Assembly: GCA_024697425.1 (NCBI GenBank)
Contig: JAILFT010000125.1
Location: forward strand, 1 to 61,814
Length of the DNA: 61,814 nt
Reading direction: 5' to 3'
Source: Butyrivibrio sp.
GTDB lineage: Bacteria; Bacillota; Clostridia; Lachnospirales; Lachnospiraceae
Below are positions 19,102-28,918 of the stretch, piece by piece; positions within the stretch are counted from its first letter, which is position 1, and each line of letters opens with the position of its first letter. The notes beneath the pieces were generated by a model, which saw only the letters and a program-made list of their open reading frames with translations, searched no databases and was not told the DNA's origin. Both the position numbers and the translations under genes were made by a program.

Positions 19102-20643
19102 ATGTTTAAGAAATTAGTCAGCACACTTCTTGCAGGAGCCATGGTGCTCTCACTTGTGGCTTGCGGCTCATCTGATGGAGCAGGTCAAAGCGCCTCAACA
19201 GGCACAGGAGATACTGCAGTAACACAGACTGCTGCAGCAGACGGAGATTACACACAGATCACATATGCATTTGTGACCTTCAACACTGTTCCGGATGATA
19301 CATCCGAGGTTGAAGAGGCACTTAACCAGATCACAAGAGATAAGATCGGCGTGGAGGTTCATCTGATGCCTCTTTCAATCGCTGATTACACTCAGCAGGT
19401 AAGTCTGGCCGTACAGAACGGTGAGATAGATATTTTCCACACTCTGGGCGACCTTGGAAACAGTATTGCCAGCGATATGTGCTATGACATCACTGATATG
19501 ATCGATGTAGATGCACCTGAAACAAAGGCTCTTTTTGAAGAAGAGTGGCTTAAGACCACAATGCAGGACGGAAGACTCTATGCTATTCCCACACTTAAGC
19601 CCTTCGCGCTTCAGCCCATGCTGATCTACAGAAAAGATATTGCCGAGGAGCTTGGCCTTGATCTTTCATCAGTAAAATCGGCTGAAGATCTTACACCTAT
19701 ATTTGCGCAGGTTAAGGAAGCGCATCCCGAGATCACACCCCTTGCTCCTGTATCACAGGGCGACAGCGGCCTTACAAGATGGATCCCCAGCATTGACTGG
19801 CTTGGCGATTCCTTTGCTTCGCCCACAGGTGTTCTTCAGGGAAGCGATATGACAGTAACTAGCTACTATGATCTTGCTGATTTCGAAAAGTATGCCGGAA
19901 TTGTAAGAGACTGGTACAAGAACGACTACATCATGAAAGATGCAGCTACAACCACATCTGCAGCCGCAGAGCTCATGTCATCAGGCGGATATTTCGCTTA
20001 TTCAGCTTCTTACAGCTATCCTCTTGAGGATACAGCCGCATCACTTTCAGCTCCTTCAGGCTATGATGTGGGAGCAATAGCCCTTGGCGATGCATATCTT
20101 GATACTTCATCCATGAACGCAGTTGCACAGGTTATAGCTTCTACATCTGAGAATCCTGATGCAGCACTTAAGTTCCTGAACCTTACATATACAGACCCTG
20201 ACGTTATCAACACAATGCTCTACGGTATTGAGGGCAGGGATTATGTAAAGAACGACGATGGAACAGTTTCCTATCCTGAGGGACAGGACGCAGCTACAGT
20301 TCCTTACACAGCACAGCTTTCCTGTGGTGTTCTGGGTAACTTCTTTATCCAGTGGCCTCTTATGGGATCCGGCTCAGCAGAGTCACTTGCTTGGGAAGAT
20401 GAGCAGAACCACAATGCACCTGCATCTCCTGCCATGGGCTTCACCTTTGACGCATCAGGTGTTCAGACCCAGTACACAGCTGTAAGTAATGTGATCCAGC
20501 AGTATCTGCCCGGCATTGCCTGCGGTTCCGTTGATACAGAATCAGCTCTTGCAGAGTTCAGACAGGCTCTCAAGGATGCAGGATATGATGACATCCTTGC
20601 AGAGAAGCAGACTCAGCTTGATGCATGGTTACAGGCTCAGTAA
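19102..20643 (+). CDS. Carbohydrate ABC transporter substrate-binding lipoprotein
   Basis: Lipobox LVAC, GRLYAIP, YGIEGRDY and C-terminal EKQTQLDAW. Confidence 0.92.
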   Translation: MFKKLVSTLLAGAMVLSLVACGSSDGAGQSASTGTGDTAVTQTAAADGDYTQITYAFVTFNTVPDDTSEVEEALNQITRDKIGVEVHLMPLSIADYTQQVSLAVQNGEIDIFHTLGDLGNSIASDMCYDITDMIDVDAPETKALFEEEWLKTTMQDGRLYAIPTLKPFALQPMLIYRKDIAEELGLDLSSVKSAEDLTPIFAQVKEAHPEITPLAPVSQGDSGLTRWIPSIDWLGDSFASPTGVLQGSDMTVTSYYDLADFEKYAGIVRDWYKNDYIMKDAATTTSAAAELMSSGGYFAYSASYSYPLEDTAASLSAPSGYDVGAIALGDAYLDTSSMNAVAQVIASTSENPDAALKFLNLTYTDPDVINTMLYGIEGRDYVKNDDGTVSYPEGQDAATVPYTAQLSCGVLGNFFIQWPLMGSGSAESLAWEDEQNHNAPASPAMGFTFDASGVQTQYTAVSNVIQQYLPGIACGSVDTESALAEFRQALKDAGYDDILAEKQTQLDAWLQAQ

Positions 20644-20670
20644 AGAGCAGTAAACATATAAACCCAAATG

Positions 20671-20703
20671 TGCAGGCCGGTAGGATACATATACTGGCCT
20701 GCA
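20671..20703 (+). promoter_or_regulatory. Intra-operon stem-loop after the SBP gene (mRNA stabiliser or partial terminator)
   Basis: TGCAGGCCGGTA...TACTGGCCTGCA hairpin with no U-tract. Confidence 0.55.
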
Positions 20704-20728
20704 TTACTGAAAAAGGGAAGGAATATAG

Positions 20729-21667
20729 ATGTCTGAAAACAAGTCCAAGCCAAAAAAAGTAAAAACTAAATACGCCAAGTCAGGTCCGCTGCTTCTTATT
20801 GCAGCTCCGGGAATTCTGTATCTTCTGATCAACAACTACATTCCCATGTTCGGAATATTCCTGGCTTTCAAAAATTTCAGTTACAAAAAAGGTATCTGGA
20901 AAAGTCCGTGGAACGGTTTTCAGAACTTTAAATTCCTGTTCCAGACAAAAGATGCCGTCATAATGACCCGAAATACGATTCTCTATAACCTGGCATTTAT
21001 AGTAATAGGCACAATTTTTGCGATAACAATAGCTATTTTATTGAATGCCCTGGGCGACAGCATCAGAACCAAGTTTTTCCAGTCGTCTCTTTTGCTGCCA
21101 AACCTGATGAGCTGGGTTATCATAGCCTACATGGTATACGCATTCCTTAATTCCGACAGCGGATTTATTAACAATACGATCTTGGAAGCTCTGGGAAAAG
21201 AGGATGTGGCCTGGTATATGGAACGAGGTTATTGGCCCTTCATTCTTACCATTGTTTATCTATGGAAAAATGCCGGATATATGTCCATTATCTATCTGGC
21301 AGCAATTGCGGGAATCGACAAATCCGTGTATGAGGCAGCAAGTCTTGACGGAGCAACTAAGATGCAGCAGATATTCAGGATAACACTTCCGTTGCTTAAA
21401 CCCACAGTGATCATCATGACTCTTATGGCAGTGGGAAGGATATTCTTCTCCGATTTCGGACTTTTCTATCAGGTGCCCATGAACTCGGGAGCTCTTTATG
21501 CTACAACACAGACCATTGATACCTATGTTTACAGAGGTCTGATGGAACTCAATGATGTTGGAATGTCAGCGGCAGCCGGCCTGTTCCAGTCAGTCCTCGG
21601 TTTCATAATTGTTGTGACTGCCAATGCTGTAGTTCGTAAAGTAGACAGCGATAACGCACTTTTCTAA
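20729..21667 (+). CDS. Carbohydrate ABC transporter permease (LplB-like)
   Basis: EAA motif YEAASLDGA; TIDTYVYR. Confidence 0.93.
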   Translation: MSENKSKPKKVKTKYAKSGPLLLIAAPGILYLLINNYIPMFGIFLAFKNFSYKKGIWKSPWNGFQNFKFLFQTKDAVIMTRNTILYNLAFIVIGTIFAITIAILLNALGDSIRTKFFQSSLLLPNLMSWVIIAYMVYAFLNSDSGFINNTILEALGKEDVAWYMERGYWPFILTIVYLWKNAGYMSIIYLAAIAGIDKSVYEAASLDGATKMQQIFRITLPLLKPTVIIMTLMAVGRIFFSDFGLFYQVPMNSGALYATTQTIDTYVYRGLMELNDVGMSAAAGLFQSVLGFIIVVTANAVVRKVDSDNALF

Positions 21668-21678
21668 AGGAGTAAACG

Positions 21679-22593
21679 ATGGCAAAATTAAAATCAGCAG
21701 AGCATGTGGCATCAGATGCCAAGCGCTTTGAAATAATATCAACTGTTATACTTGCGGTTCTTGCGGTGATCGCACTGCTACCGATAATCCTGATTGTCAT
21801 AGCGTCTTTTACAGATGAGACTACGCTTTTGAGAAACGGATATTCCTTCTTCCCTGAGAAGTGGTCAACAGACGCGTATGTATATATGCTCCAGCAGGGA
21901 GCTACAATTTTCAGGGCATACGGCATTTCTGTACTGGTAACACTTATCGGAACAGTTATCAGCGTGCTTATAACCACAATGATCGCTTATCCCATGAGCA
22001 GAAAGAACTTTAAGTACAAAAATATCCTGGCATTCTTTGTGTTTTTCACCATGCTTTTCAATGGCGGTGTAGTTCCCTCTTACATGATGTGGACGCAGGT
22101 GTTTAATATCAAAAACACAATCTGGGCTTTGATCCTGCCCAATTATCTTTGCGGAGCCTTCAATATTTTCCTTGTAAGGAACTATTATGCCAACAGTATT
22201 CCCGACGCGCTCATAGAATCTGCGCAGATTGACGGGGCCAGCGAGCTTACCATTTTCTTTAAGATAATCTTCCCGCTGGCGGTACCTACAGTTGCTACGA
22301 TATCTCTTTTTACAGCTCTTACCTACTGGAACGATTGGGTAAATGCGCTGTATTATATACAAAAGCCTCAGTTTTACGGAATTCAGAACCTGCTCATCAG
22401 GATAATGAACAATATTCAGTACCTTAAGAGCGGAGCAGCCAGCGTGGCTGTGGGAACCGGAGCGATTCAGCTTCCCAGTAACGCTGTAAGGATGTCCATG
22501 GCTGTTATAGGAATTCTTCCTATCGTGGTTATCTATCCTTTTGTTCAGAAATACTTTGTCAAGGGCGTTGTTGTAGGTGCTGTAAAAGGCTGA
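21679..22593 (+). CDS. Carbohydrate ABC transporter permease (LplC-like)
   Basis: ESAQIDGA; YPFVQKYFVKG...GAVKG. Confidence 0.93.
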   Translation: MAKLKSAEHVASDAKRFEIISTVILAVLAVIALLPIILIVIASFTDETTLLRNGYSFFPEKWSTDAYVYMLQQGATIFRAYGISVLVTLIGTVISVLITTMIAYPMSRKNFKYKNILAFFVFFTMLFNGGVVPSYMMWTQVFNIKNTIWALILPNYLCGAFNIFLVRNYYANSIPDALIESAQIDGASELTIFFKIIFPLAVPTVATISLFTALTYWNDWVNALYYIQKPQFYGIQNLLIRIMNNIQYLKSGAASVAVGTGAIQLPSNAVRMSMAVIGILPIVVIYPFVQKYFVKGVVVGAVKG

Positions 22594-22634
22594 AAACAGG
22601 GTTTCCTTGGAAAAATAATTGGAGGGATCGCAAC

Positions 22635-23513
22635 ATGAAAATCAGTGAAGTTTTGGAAAAAGTTGCCGCATATCATCCGGACCTTGGCCCTGATTACAAC
22701 GGCTGTGACGGGATAAAGTGCGGAGATCAGGAAAAAGAGTGCACGGGGATAGCATCAGCTCTTGTTCCGAATGTGGATGTCATCAAAAAGACCATAGAGC
22801 TTGGCTGCAACCTCTTGTATGTGCATGAGCCCACAAGTTACCTTACCCCGGATGAGGCGGGATGGAAGGCTGACTTTAAGTGCGAGGTTTACGACGAGAA
22901 AATGCAGCTGCTTAGTGACCACGGCATTGTGGTTTACAGAGACCATGACCATATGCATGCTCACAGACCTGACAGTATCTTTACAGGTGTACTTAAGTAT
23001 TTGGGCTGGGAGGAATATGTGGTTGATGCCGGAAAGACAGTGCCCTTCGGGCATCTGGTGGAGTTCCCAGAGCCCAGAACGGTTGAAGGTATCAATGAGG
23101 AGCTTATTAAGAAGGTGGGGCTTCATGGGACCAGATATATCGGAAGGCGTGTAGATAAGATAAAAAGGCTGGCGCTGGTGGGACACCTGTATCCCGGTGC
23201 TTTCATTCCCGAAACGTATAAAGACGGCTATTATACCGATTATTCCACAGAGATCATTCGTGCAATGCAAAATGAGCATATTGACGCAATTATTCCCGGG
23301 GAGATCATTGAATGGAATCTGCTCTCATATATAAGAGACGGCATTTCTCTGGGAAGGAGCATGGCGTGCTTTAACATCGGCCACTTTAACTGGGAGGAAC
23401 TGGGGGCAAAATATGCCGTGGACTGGCTTTCAGAGCTTGTGGAAAATAAAGTTCCGGTAACCTATGTTCCCGGGGGCGACCTTTGGAACTACCAATTAGG
23501 GGGAGTCAGATGA
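22635..23513 (+). CDS. NIF3-like dinuclear metal-centre protein
   Basis: DGIKCGD, ECTGIA, HEP, HDHMH and GHFNWEELG metal-ligand pattern. Confidence 0.75.
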   Translation: MKISEVLEKVAAYHPDLGPDYNGCDGIKCGDQEKECTGIASALVPNVDVIKKTIELGCNLLYVHEPTSYLTPDEAGWKADFKCEVYDEKMQLLSDHGIVVYRDHDHMHAHRPDSIFTGVLKYLGWEEYVVDAGKTVPFGHLVEFPEPRTVEGINEELIKKVGLHGTRYIGRRVDKIKRLALVGHLYPGAFIPETYKDGYYTDYSTEIIRAMQNEHIDAIIPGEIIEWNLLSYIRDGISLGRSMACFNIGHFNWEELGAKYAVDWLSELVENKVPVTYVPGGDLWNYQLGGVR

Positions 23514-24607
23514 ATACAGCGTTATGTTTCAATGATGTCATCCCCTATGACGGGAGGCCAAATCCTGTAGTGATGCGGGATGGTAAATATTTCTTAAGGC
23601 TCCTGGAAAAAGATGCGGGGTCTGTACAGATGCTGTTTGCGGAGCAGCTGTACGATTTTAAAGAGACAGAAGATGGAATCTGGGAACTGGAGCTTCCCTT
23701 TACCACTGCTTTTAACTGCGTGCAGATCAGAGTTGACGGAAGGGACACATTGTCAGCTCTTTTGCCCATATCCTATGGATACAGCAGGCCCTACAACTAT
23801 GTTGAGCTCCCGGCCAAGGATGGCGACTTCTATGCACTTAAGGATGTTCCCCACGGAAGTGTAAGACGGGAATACTTCTTTTCCGGGGTAACCGGAGAGT
23901 GGGAGTCCTGCCTTGTGTATACCCCGGCGGAATATGACGTGAATCCGGGCAAAACCTACCCGGTGCTGTATCTTCAGCATGGACACGGGGAGAATGAAGT
24001 GGGGTGGACTTATTCCGGTAAGGTCAACTTTATTATGGACAACTTAATTGCAGAAAGGAAGGCTACGCCCTTTGTGATCGTTATGAATAACGGCATGGTG
24101 CAGAAGAAGACCTTGGATGGGGAACATATTGTGGACCATCTGCTTTTCGAATCCATGCTTCTTGAGGATGTGATACCTTTTATCGAGAGCAGGTATCACG
24201 CGGGCGGAAGCAAAGAAAAGAGAGGAATGGCCGGGCTTTCCATGGGGTCAATGCAGACCTCCATGACAGTTATGCGCCATCCGGAGATGTTCTCGGAGGT
24301 TGGAATCTTCAGCGGTTTCCTTCGGGACTGGATCAGCGGAAGCGAGCTCGACATGAGCTGCCATGAGCCCAGCAGTGATGATCATCTTGCGGTTTTTGAC
24401 AACGCGGCTGCCTTCAATGGATATTTCAGGAATTTTTTCAGAGCCATGGGGGATGAGGACCCGTTTTTTGACCATTTTCTCAGTGATGACCGGCTCTGCA
24501 GCGAAAAGGGCATACATTTCCAGCGCAAGGTTTATAAGGGAACTCATGACTGGAATGTATGGAGAATGTGCATAAATGACTTTGCACAGATGATATTTAA
24601 GAAATGA
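23510..24607 (+). CDS. Esterase, alpha/beta hydrolase (CE1-like) with an N-terminal beta domain
   Basis: VYTPAEY, YPVLYLQHGHG, nucleophile GLSMG and HDWNVWR; ATGA-coupled to the NIF3-like gene. Confidence 0.88.
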   Translation: MNTALCFNDVIPYDGRPNPVVMRDGKYFLRLLEKDAGSVQMLFAEQLYDFKETEDGIWELELPFTTAFNCVQIRVDGRDTLSALLPISYGYSRPYNYVELPAKDGDFYALKDVPHGSVRREYFFSGVTGEWESCLVYTPAEYDVNPGKTYPVLYLQHGHGENEVGWTYSGKVNFIMDNLIAERKATPFVIVMNNGMVQKKTLDGEHIVDHLLFESMLLEDVIPFIESRYHAGGSKEKRGMAGLSMGSMQTSMTVMRHPEMFSEVGIFSGFLRDWISGSELDMSCHEPSSDDHLAVFDNAAAFNGYFRNFFRAMGDEDPFFDHFLSDDRLCSEKGIHFQRKVYKGTHDWNVWRMCINDFAQMIFKK

Positions 24608-24623
24608 CGGAAAGGTGAGAATA

Positions 24624-25430
24624 ATGGCAACAGGAAGACTTAGATTTTATTCACAGACTCAGAATGGACAGGTGAACATTGCATATGTGATTCCCAACGA
24701 TGTCCCCGAGATCATGACAGCCGGCAACGATAGCTTTAAAAGGCCCATGAAGACCCTTTATCTTCTCCATGGACTGTCGGGAAACGAGAGTGACTGGGAG
24801 TACAACGGGATCGCTGAAGATATCGCCTTTAATTACAATATGGCAGTTATCATGATCACTGCCGGCAATAATTTTTATCTGGACAGAAAAGCTACTGGCT
24901 GCCAGTACGGCACCTTTGCGGGAAAAGAGGTAGTGGAGTACACAAGAAAGCTCTTTGGACTGTCGGACAAAAGAGAAGACACTCTTATTGGAGGCCTTTC
25001 AATGGGCGGATTTGGAGCGCTTCACACAGCGCTTGCCTTCCCGGAAACCTTTGGAGGAGTGGTGGCTCTCTCATCCGCGCTTGTCATTCATGAGATTGCA
25101 GGGCTTAAGCCGGACGATCCCAGCGAGGGACTTCTGGCTAATTACGAATATTACACAGAAGTGTTTGGAGATCTGGATACTCTTGAGGAATCCGATGCTA
25201 ATCCTGAAGTGCTCTACACAAGGCTTAAGGAGGCGGGGACCAGGATTCCGCCTATATACATGGCTATCGGGACCGAGGACTTTCTTTATGAGCATAACCA
25301 GATACTCAGAAGATTCCTTGAAAAGAATGAGGCCAACTTCAAGTATGAAGAGGGGCCCGGAATACATGACTGGAAATTCTGGAACGTGTATATCACAAAG
25401 GGCGTTGAATGGGTCCTTGAGAATATGTAA
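24624..25430 (+). CDS. Esterase, alpha/beta hydrolase (CE1/tributyrin-esterase-like)
   Basis: LYLLHG, GLSMGG, GTEDFL and GIHDWKFW. Confidence 0.9.
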   Translation: MATGRLRFYSQTQNGQVNIAYVIPNDVPEIMTAGNDSFKRPMKTLYLLHGLSGNESDWEYNGIAEDIAFNYNMAVIMITAGNNFYLDRKATGCQYGTFAGKEVVEYTRKLFGLSDKREDTLIGGLSMGGFGALHTALAFPETFGGVVALSSALVIHEIAGLKPDDPSEGLLANYEYYTEVFGDLDTLEESDANPEVLYTRLKEAGTRIPPIYMAIGTEDFLYEHNQILRRFLEKNEANFKYEEGPGIHDWKFWNVYITKGVEWVLENM

Positions 25431-25441
25431 GGAGAGGCGAT

Positions 25442-26260
25442 ATGTCTTTTTCGGAGATACATTTTTTATCGGACAGTTTAAAACAGGGAGTTTCAGCCGC
25501 GGTTTTTATGCCGGAGAGAGGGCCTTTCGGATCTGATGCAAGGCCTCCTTACAGAACGGTATACCTGCTTCCGGGTTACAGCGGCGATTATCACAGCATT
25601 TACACTATGCTGGGGTTCAGAAAGCAGGCGGAGCTTAAAGGCCTTGTGATTGTTATCCCCAACGGACAGAATGCCTTTTATGTTGACCATCCCGAGAGAA
25701 ATGCCAATTACAGCAGGTTTGTGGGCGAGGAGCTTATTGAGAGGACCAGGGATATGTTCCGTCTCTCCGACAAAAGAGAAGACACCTATATTGCAGGTAT
25801 CTCAATGGGCGGGTACGGAGCGCTATTGAATGGCCTTAGGTATCATGAGGTTTTCTCTAAGGTTGCTGCCTTTTCACCGGCAACAAACCCATATACTCTC
25901 ATGGAATACCCTGAAAGAGGCGGTTTCGGCACAGGGGAGTTTGCGAATATGTTCGGCTCCAAGGATGAGTTTGAAAACAGCGAATGGAACATAAACAGGA
26001 GCTATGCAAAGGCGGATAAGGCTGATATTCCCGAGCTTTTTATAGGATGCGGAGACAGAGATATCGCTGTGGATTCGCAGGTAAAGGAATTCAGGGGCAT
26101 CCTGGATGCCTCAGATGTTCCCTACAACTTCTTTGAAACAACCGGGAATCATGACTTTGATACCTGGGAAAAGATGCTGGATCCGGCATTTTCTTTCCTT
26201 GCCGGAATTCCTGAAGGAACCAGAAACAGCATGGCTATTCCGGATTCTATCGGAGGGTGA
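25442..26260 (+). CDS. Esterase, alpha/beta hydrolase (CE1/tributyrin-esterase-like)
   Basis: VYLLPG, GISMGGYG and GNHDFDTW. Confidence 0.9.
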   Translation: MSFSEIHFLSDSLKQGVSAAVFMPERGPFGSDARPPYRTVYLLPGYSGDYHSIYTMLGFRKQAELKGLVIVIPNGQNAFYVDHPERNANYSRFVGEELIERTRDMFRLSDKREDTYIAGISMGGYGALLNGLRYHEVFSKVAAFSPATNPYTLMEYPERGGFGTGEFANMFGSKDEFENSEWNINRSYAKADKADIPELFIGCGDRDIAVDSQVKEFRGILDASDVPYNFFETTGNHDFDTWEKMLDPAFSFLAGIPEGTRNSMAIPDSIGG

Positions 26261-26262
26261 AT

Positions 26263-26664
26263 ATGAGCGAAGCGGTATTGACCATCGATGTGGTGTTGGA
26301 CGAGATAATCGAAGTGACCGGCAGCCGCGGCAAGGCTGCCATGATCCTTTTTCACGGGGAGAGCAGCTGTGCCAATTTCAAGGGAAAGATTCTGCCTGGA
26401 GGCGTAGATACGCAGAAGGAGCCTGCCGGGGAAAAGAGACTTCTTTCAGCCAGATACATCCTGGAAGGAAGAGATTGCGAAGGAGAATGGTGCAGGATCT
26501 TTATTGAAAACAACGGAGAAGTTGCGGCTCCGGGAGAAACAATTAAAACAACGCCTGTTATCTATACGGACAGTAAGGCACTTAAATGGCTTGAAACAGC
26601 TGATCTTAGCGGTACGGTGGAGGGTAAACCCGGCGGAGTTTTTATTACGATATTTAAGGAATAA
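26263..26664 (+). CDS. DUF3237-like protein
   Basis: FKGKILPGGVDTQ...LSARYILEG...IFIENNG...TTP. Confidence 0.75.
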   Translation: MSEAVLTIDVVLDEIIEVTGSRGKAAMILFHGESSCANFKGKILPGGVDTQKEPAGEKRLLSARYILEGRDCEGEWCRIFIENNGEVAAPGETIKTTPVIYTDSKALKWLETADLSGTVEGKPGGVFITIFKE

Positions 26665-26684
26665 AAGTGGCCGGTTACAAAAAA

Positions 26685-26739
26685 TGACAACCACAGCAAT
26701 AAGAATTGCAAAGTCATACGCATATATTCTTCATATAAT
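26685..26739 (+). promoter_or_regulatory. Putative AraC-activated promoter: TGACAAC-N16-GCAAAG site plus -10 TATAAT
   Basis: The same spaced motif occurs at 28836-28864. TATAAT at 26734-26739. Confidence 0.5.
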
Positions 26740-26767
26740 GTAAAGCGATAATGGAGGTAAATGTAGT

Positions 26768-27961
26768 ATGAAATGGGTAAGCGTCTTTAAATATCTGAGT
26801 ATTGAATATGGTGAAAATATTGCTTTTGCCATGGATCAGACCCAGCGGGTGTCCTTTGAGAGCAATATTGACGGTGATAGAGTGCGTATCCGGTTTACGA
26901 ATCGATACGGTAAAAAAGATCTTAAGATAGACAGAGTAACCATTGGAAAAGAGAAATCCCCCTATATTACTGATGTGGCGGACATCACCTTTGACGGAAA
27001 GCATGAAGTTGTCCTTGCTCCCGGCAGAGAGCTCTTTTGCGATGAGATAAATTATGATGTATGGGCGGGAGACCGTCTGGTGGTAAGTGTTTATTTTAAA
27101 GACAGACAGGATATTGATTCCATTTGCTGTTTCTGGGCAGATGGCGGGGCCAGGGTACAGTGGCTTTTAGGGGATGTTACAAACGGACTGGACGCTGACA
27201 GAGCGCCGGTAGCCGTAACAGCACCTTACATAAAGGATGACCCCAATTTCCATATGATGAGGATTTTTACCGGTTTTGATGCCGTTCAGGTGATGGCTTC
27301 GGACGAAATCAGGACTGTGGCAGCTTTCGGAGACTCCATCACCCACATGTCTTTTTACACCAATGCGCTGCAGAGGCGGCTTTTTGACGGCTTTTTTGGC
27401 AGGGTATCCTTTATAAACTGCGGTATTGGCGGCAACAGGCTGGTGGACGATGCAACCTTTGTGCCTGAAGCAGGGAAAAGACTCATCTTCTTCGGGGAAG
27501 CCGGTGTTAAACGCTTTGAACGCGATGTTTTTGAGCTGGACGAGGTGGATACTGTGATGGTGCTGATAGGGATCAATGACATCATGCATCCGGTGCAGCT
27601 TGAGGGTAAAAACAGCAGTACTCCCGCAGCGGATATTATCGAGGGATACAGAAAAATAGCGGATTGTGCTCACGAGAATGGAGCGGAAGTATTTTTTGGC
27701 ACCATAACTCCTTGCGGAAATGAAGATTATCCGAAGGCGTGGTTACCGAAATTTGAAAAAGTAAGAAACGAAGTGAACGACTGGATAAGGAAAGGTGAGT
27801 CCATCGATGGATTCTTTGACTTTGACAGAGAGGTTGCAGACCCGGCAAAGACGGGATTCATGCAAGGCCCCTGTCATATAGGGGACGGCCTCCATCCTAA
27901 CAGCCGTGGGGGCAAGAAAATGGCCGATTGCGTGGATATCAAGACCGTGATTGGCAGTTAA
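26768..27961 (+). CDS. SGNH/GDSL hydrolase (esterase)
   Basis: FGDSIT, GIGGN, GIND and DGLHP blocks. Confidence 0.9.
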   Translation: MKWVSVFKYLSIEYGENIAFAMDQTQRVSFESNIDGDRVRIRFTNRYGKKDLKIDRVTIGKEKSPYITDVADITFDGKHEVVLAPGRELFCDEINYDVWAGDRLVVSVYFKDRQDIDSICCFWADGGARVQWLLGDVTNGLDADRAPVAVTAPYIKDDPNFHMMRIFTGFDAVQVMASDEIRTVAAFGDSITHMSFYTNALQRRLFDGFFGRVSFINCGIGGNRLVDDATFVPEAGKRLIFFGEAGVKRFERDVFELDEVDTVMVLIGINDIMHPVQLEGKNSSTPAADIIEGYRKIADCAHENGAEVFFGTITPCGNEDYPKAWLPKFEKVRNEVNDWIRKGESIDGFFDFDREVADPAKTGFMQGPCHIGDGLHPNSRGGKKMADCVDIKTVIGS

Positions 27962-27985
27962 AGGCTGTGCTTGGGGAGAGTAAAA

Positions 27986-28831
27986 ATGGCAGAGCACTAC
28001 GAGAGTGAGGCGTTTATCTATAATCAGGTGCCCGTTCGGATTTTCAATCATTCTTTTGATGGAACTGATATTTTTACGTCGTTGCATTGGCATAGGAATG
28101 TGGAGTTCAACCTTACAACCGAAGGCCGGATAAAGATGAATATAGACGGCAAAAATATGCAGCTTCTTCCCGGAGACTGGTGCATTGTAAACAGCGGAGA
28201 GCTTCACTCCAACCATTGGATAGAGCCTACGGACCACTTTGGCGGCATCTGCGTGCAGATATCCAAGAGCTTTTTGGACAGATGGGTCGGGGAAGGAGTA
28301 AGGTTTGACCTCCCCGGAAGTCAGGCGGCATCAGACAGGATAAGACAGACCCTGATTAAGTTCGGTGAATATAAGAAAGATGGAGTTGATGACCTGCGGA
28401 AAATGGAACTTGTTTTTTCTTTTCTTAACCTTCTTAGGGATAACTGCGTTTATGAGACGGTTTCAGGAGAGAAGACAGAGCATGAGGGGGATGCCAATAT
28501 CAAGTCTATAATCAATTACATTGATGAGCATTACATGGATCAGCTGGATCTGTCCTCTGTTGCCGCTAATTTCAATTATACCCCTACGTATCTTTCCCGC
28601 ATGTTCAAGGAACATGTCGGCAGAAATTTCTACCAATATCTTCAGAACGTCAGGCTTATGAACTGCGTCGAGGAGATGAAGGAAGACGAGAACGTACGAC
28701 TTATGGAATGTGCCCTAAACCATGGATTTCCCAATGTTAAGTCTTTTATCCAGACCTTTAAAAAGACCTTTGGATGTACCCCTTCCGAGTGGGTAAAGCA
28801 GGGCAGAAAGGCACCAATTCAAGAGATATAA
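27986..28831 (+). CDS. AraC family transcriptional regulator (cupin plus HTH)
   Basis: LHWH cupin; GFPNVKSFIQTFKKTFGCTP. Confidence 0.92.
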   Translation: MAEHYESEAFIYNQVPVRIFNHSFDGTDIFTSLHWHRNVEFNLTTEGRIKMNIDGKNMQLLPGDWCIVNSGELHSNHWIEPTDHFGGICVQISKSFLDRWVGEGVRFDLPGSQAASDRIRQTLIKFGEYKKDGVDDLRKMELVFSFLNLLRDNCVYETVSGEKTEHEGDANIKSIINYIDEHYMDQLDLSSVAANFNYTPTYLSRMFKEHVGRNFYQYLQNVRLMNCVEEMKEDENVRLMECALNHGFPNVKSFIQTFKKTFGCTPSEWVKQGRKAPIQEI

Positions 28832-28835
28832 AAAT

Positions 28836-28891
28836 TGACAACTTGGCAGATAATTAAAGCAAAGCCTCCCACAGGTGACCTGGGTTATCCT
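28836..28891 (+). promoter_or_regulatory. Putative AraC-activated promoter: TGACAAC-N16-GCAAAG site plus -10 TATCCT
   Basis: Second copy of the motif at 26685-26713, at a similar distance from a -10-like hexamer. Confidence 0.5.
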
Positions 28892-28918
28892 TAAATCACT
28901 TGAAGGGAGGTATTTTTT

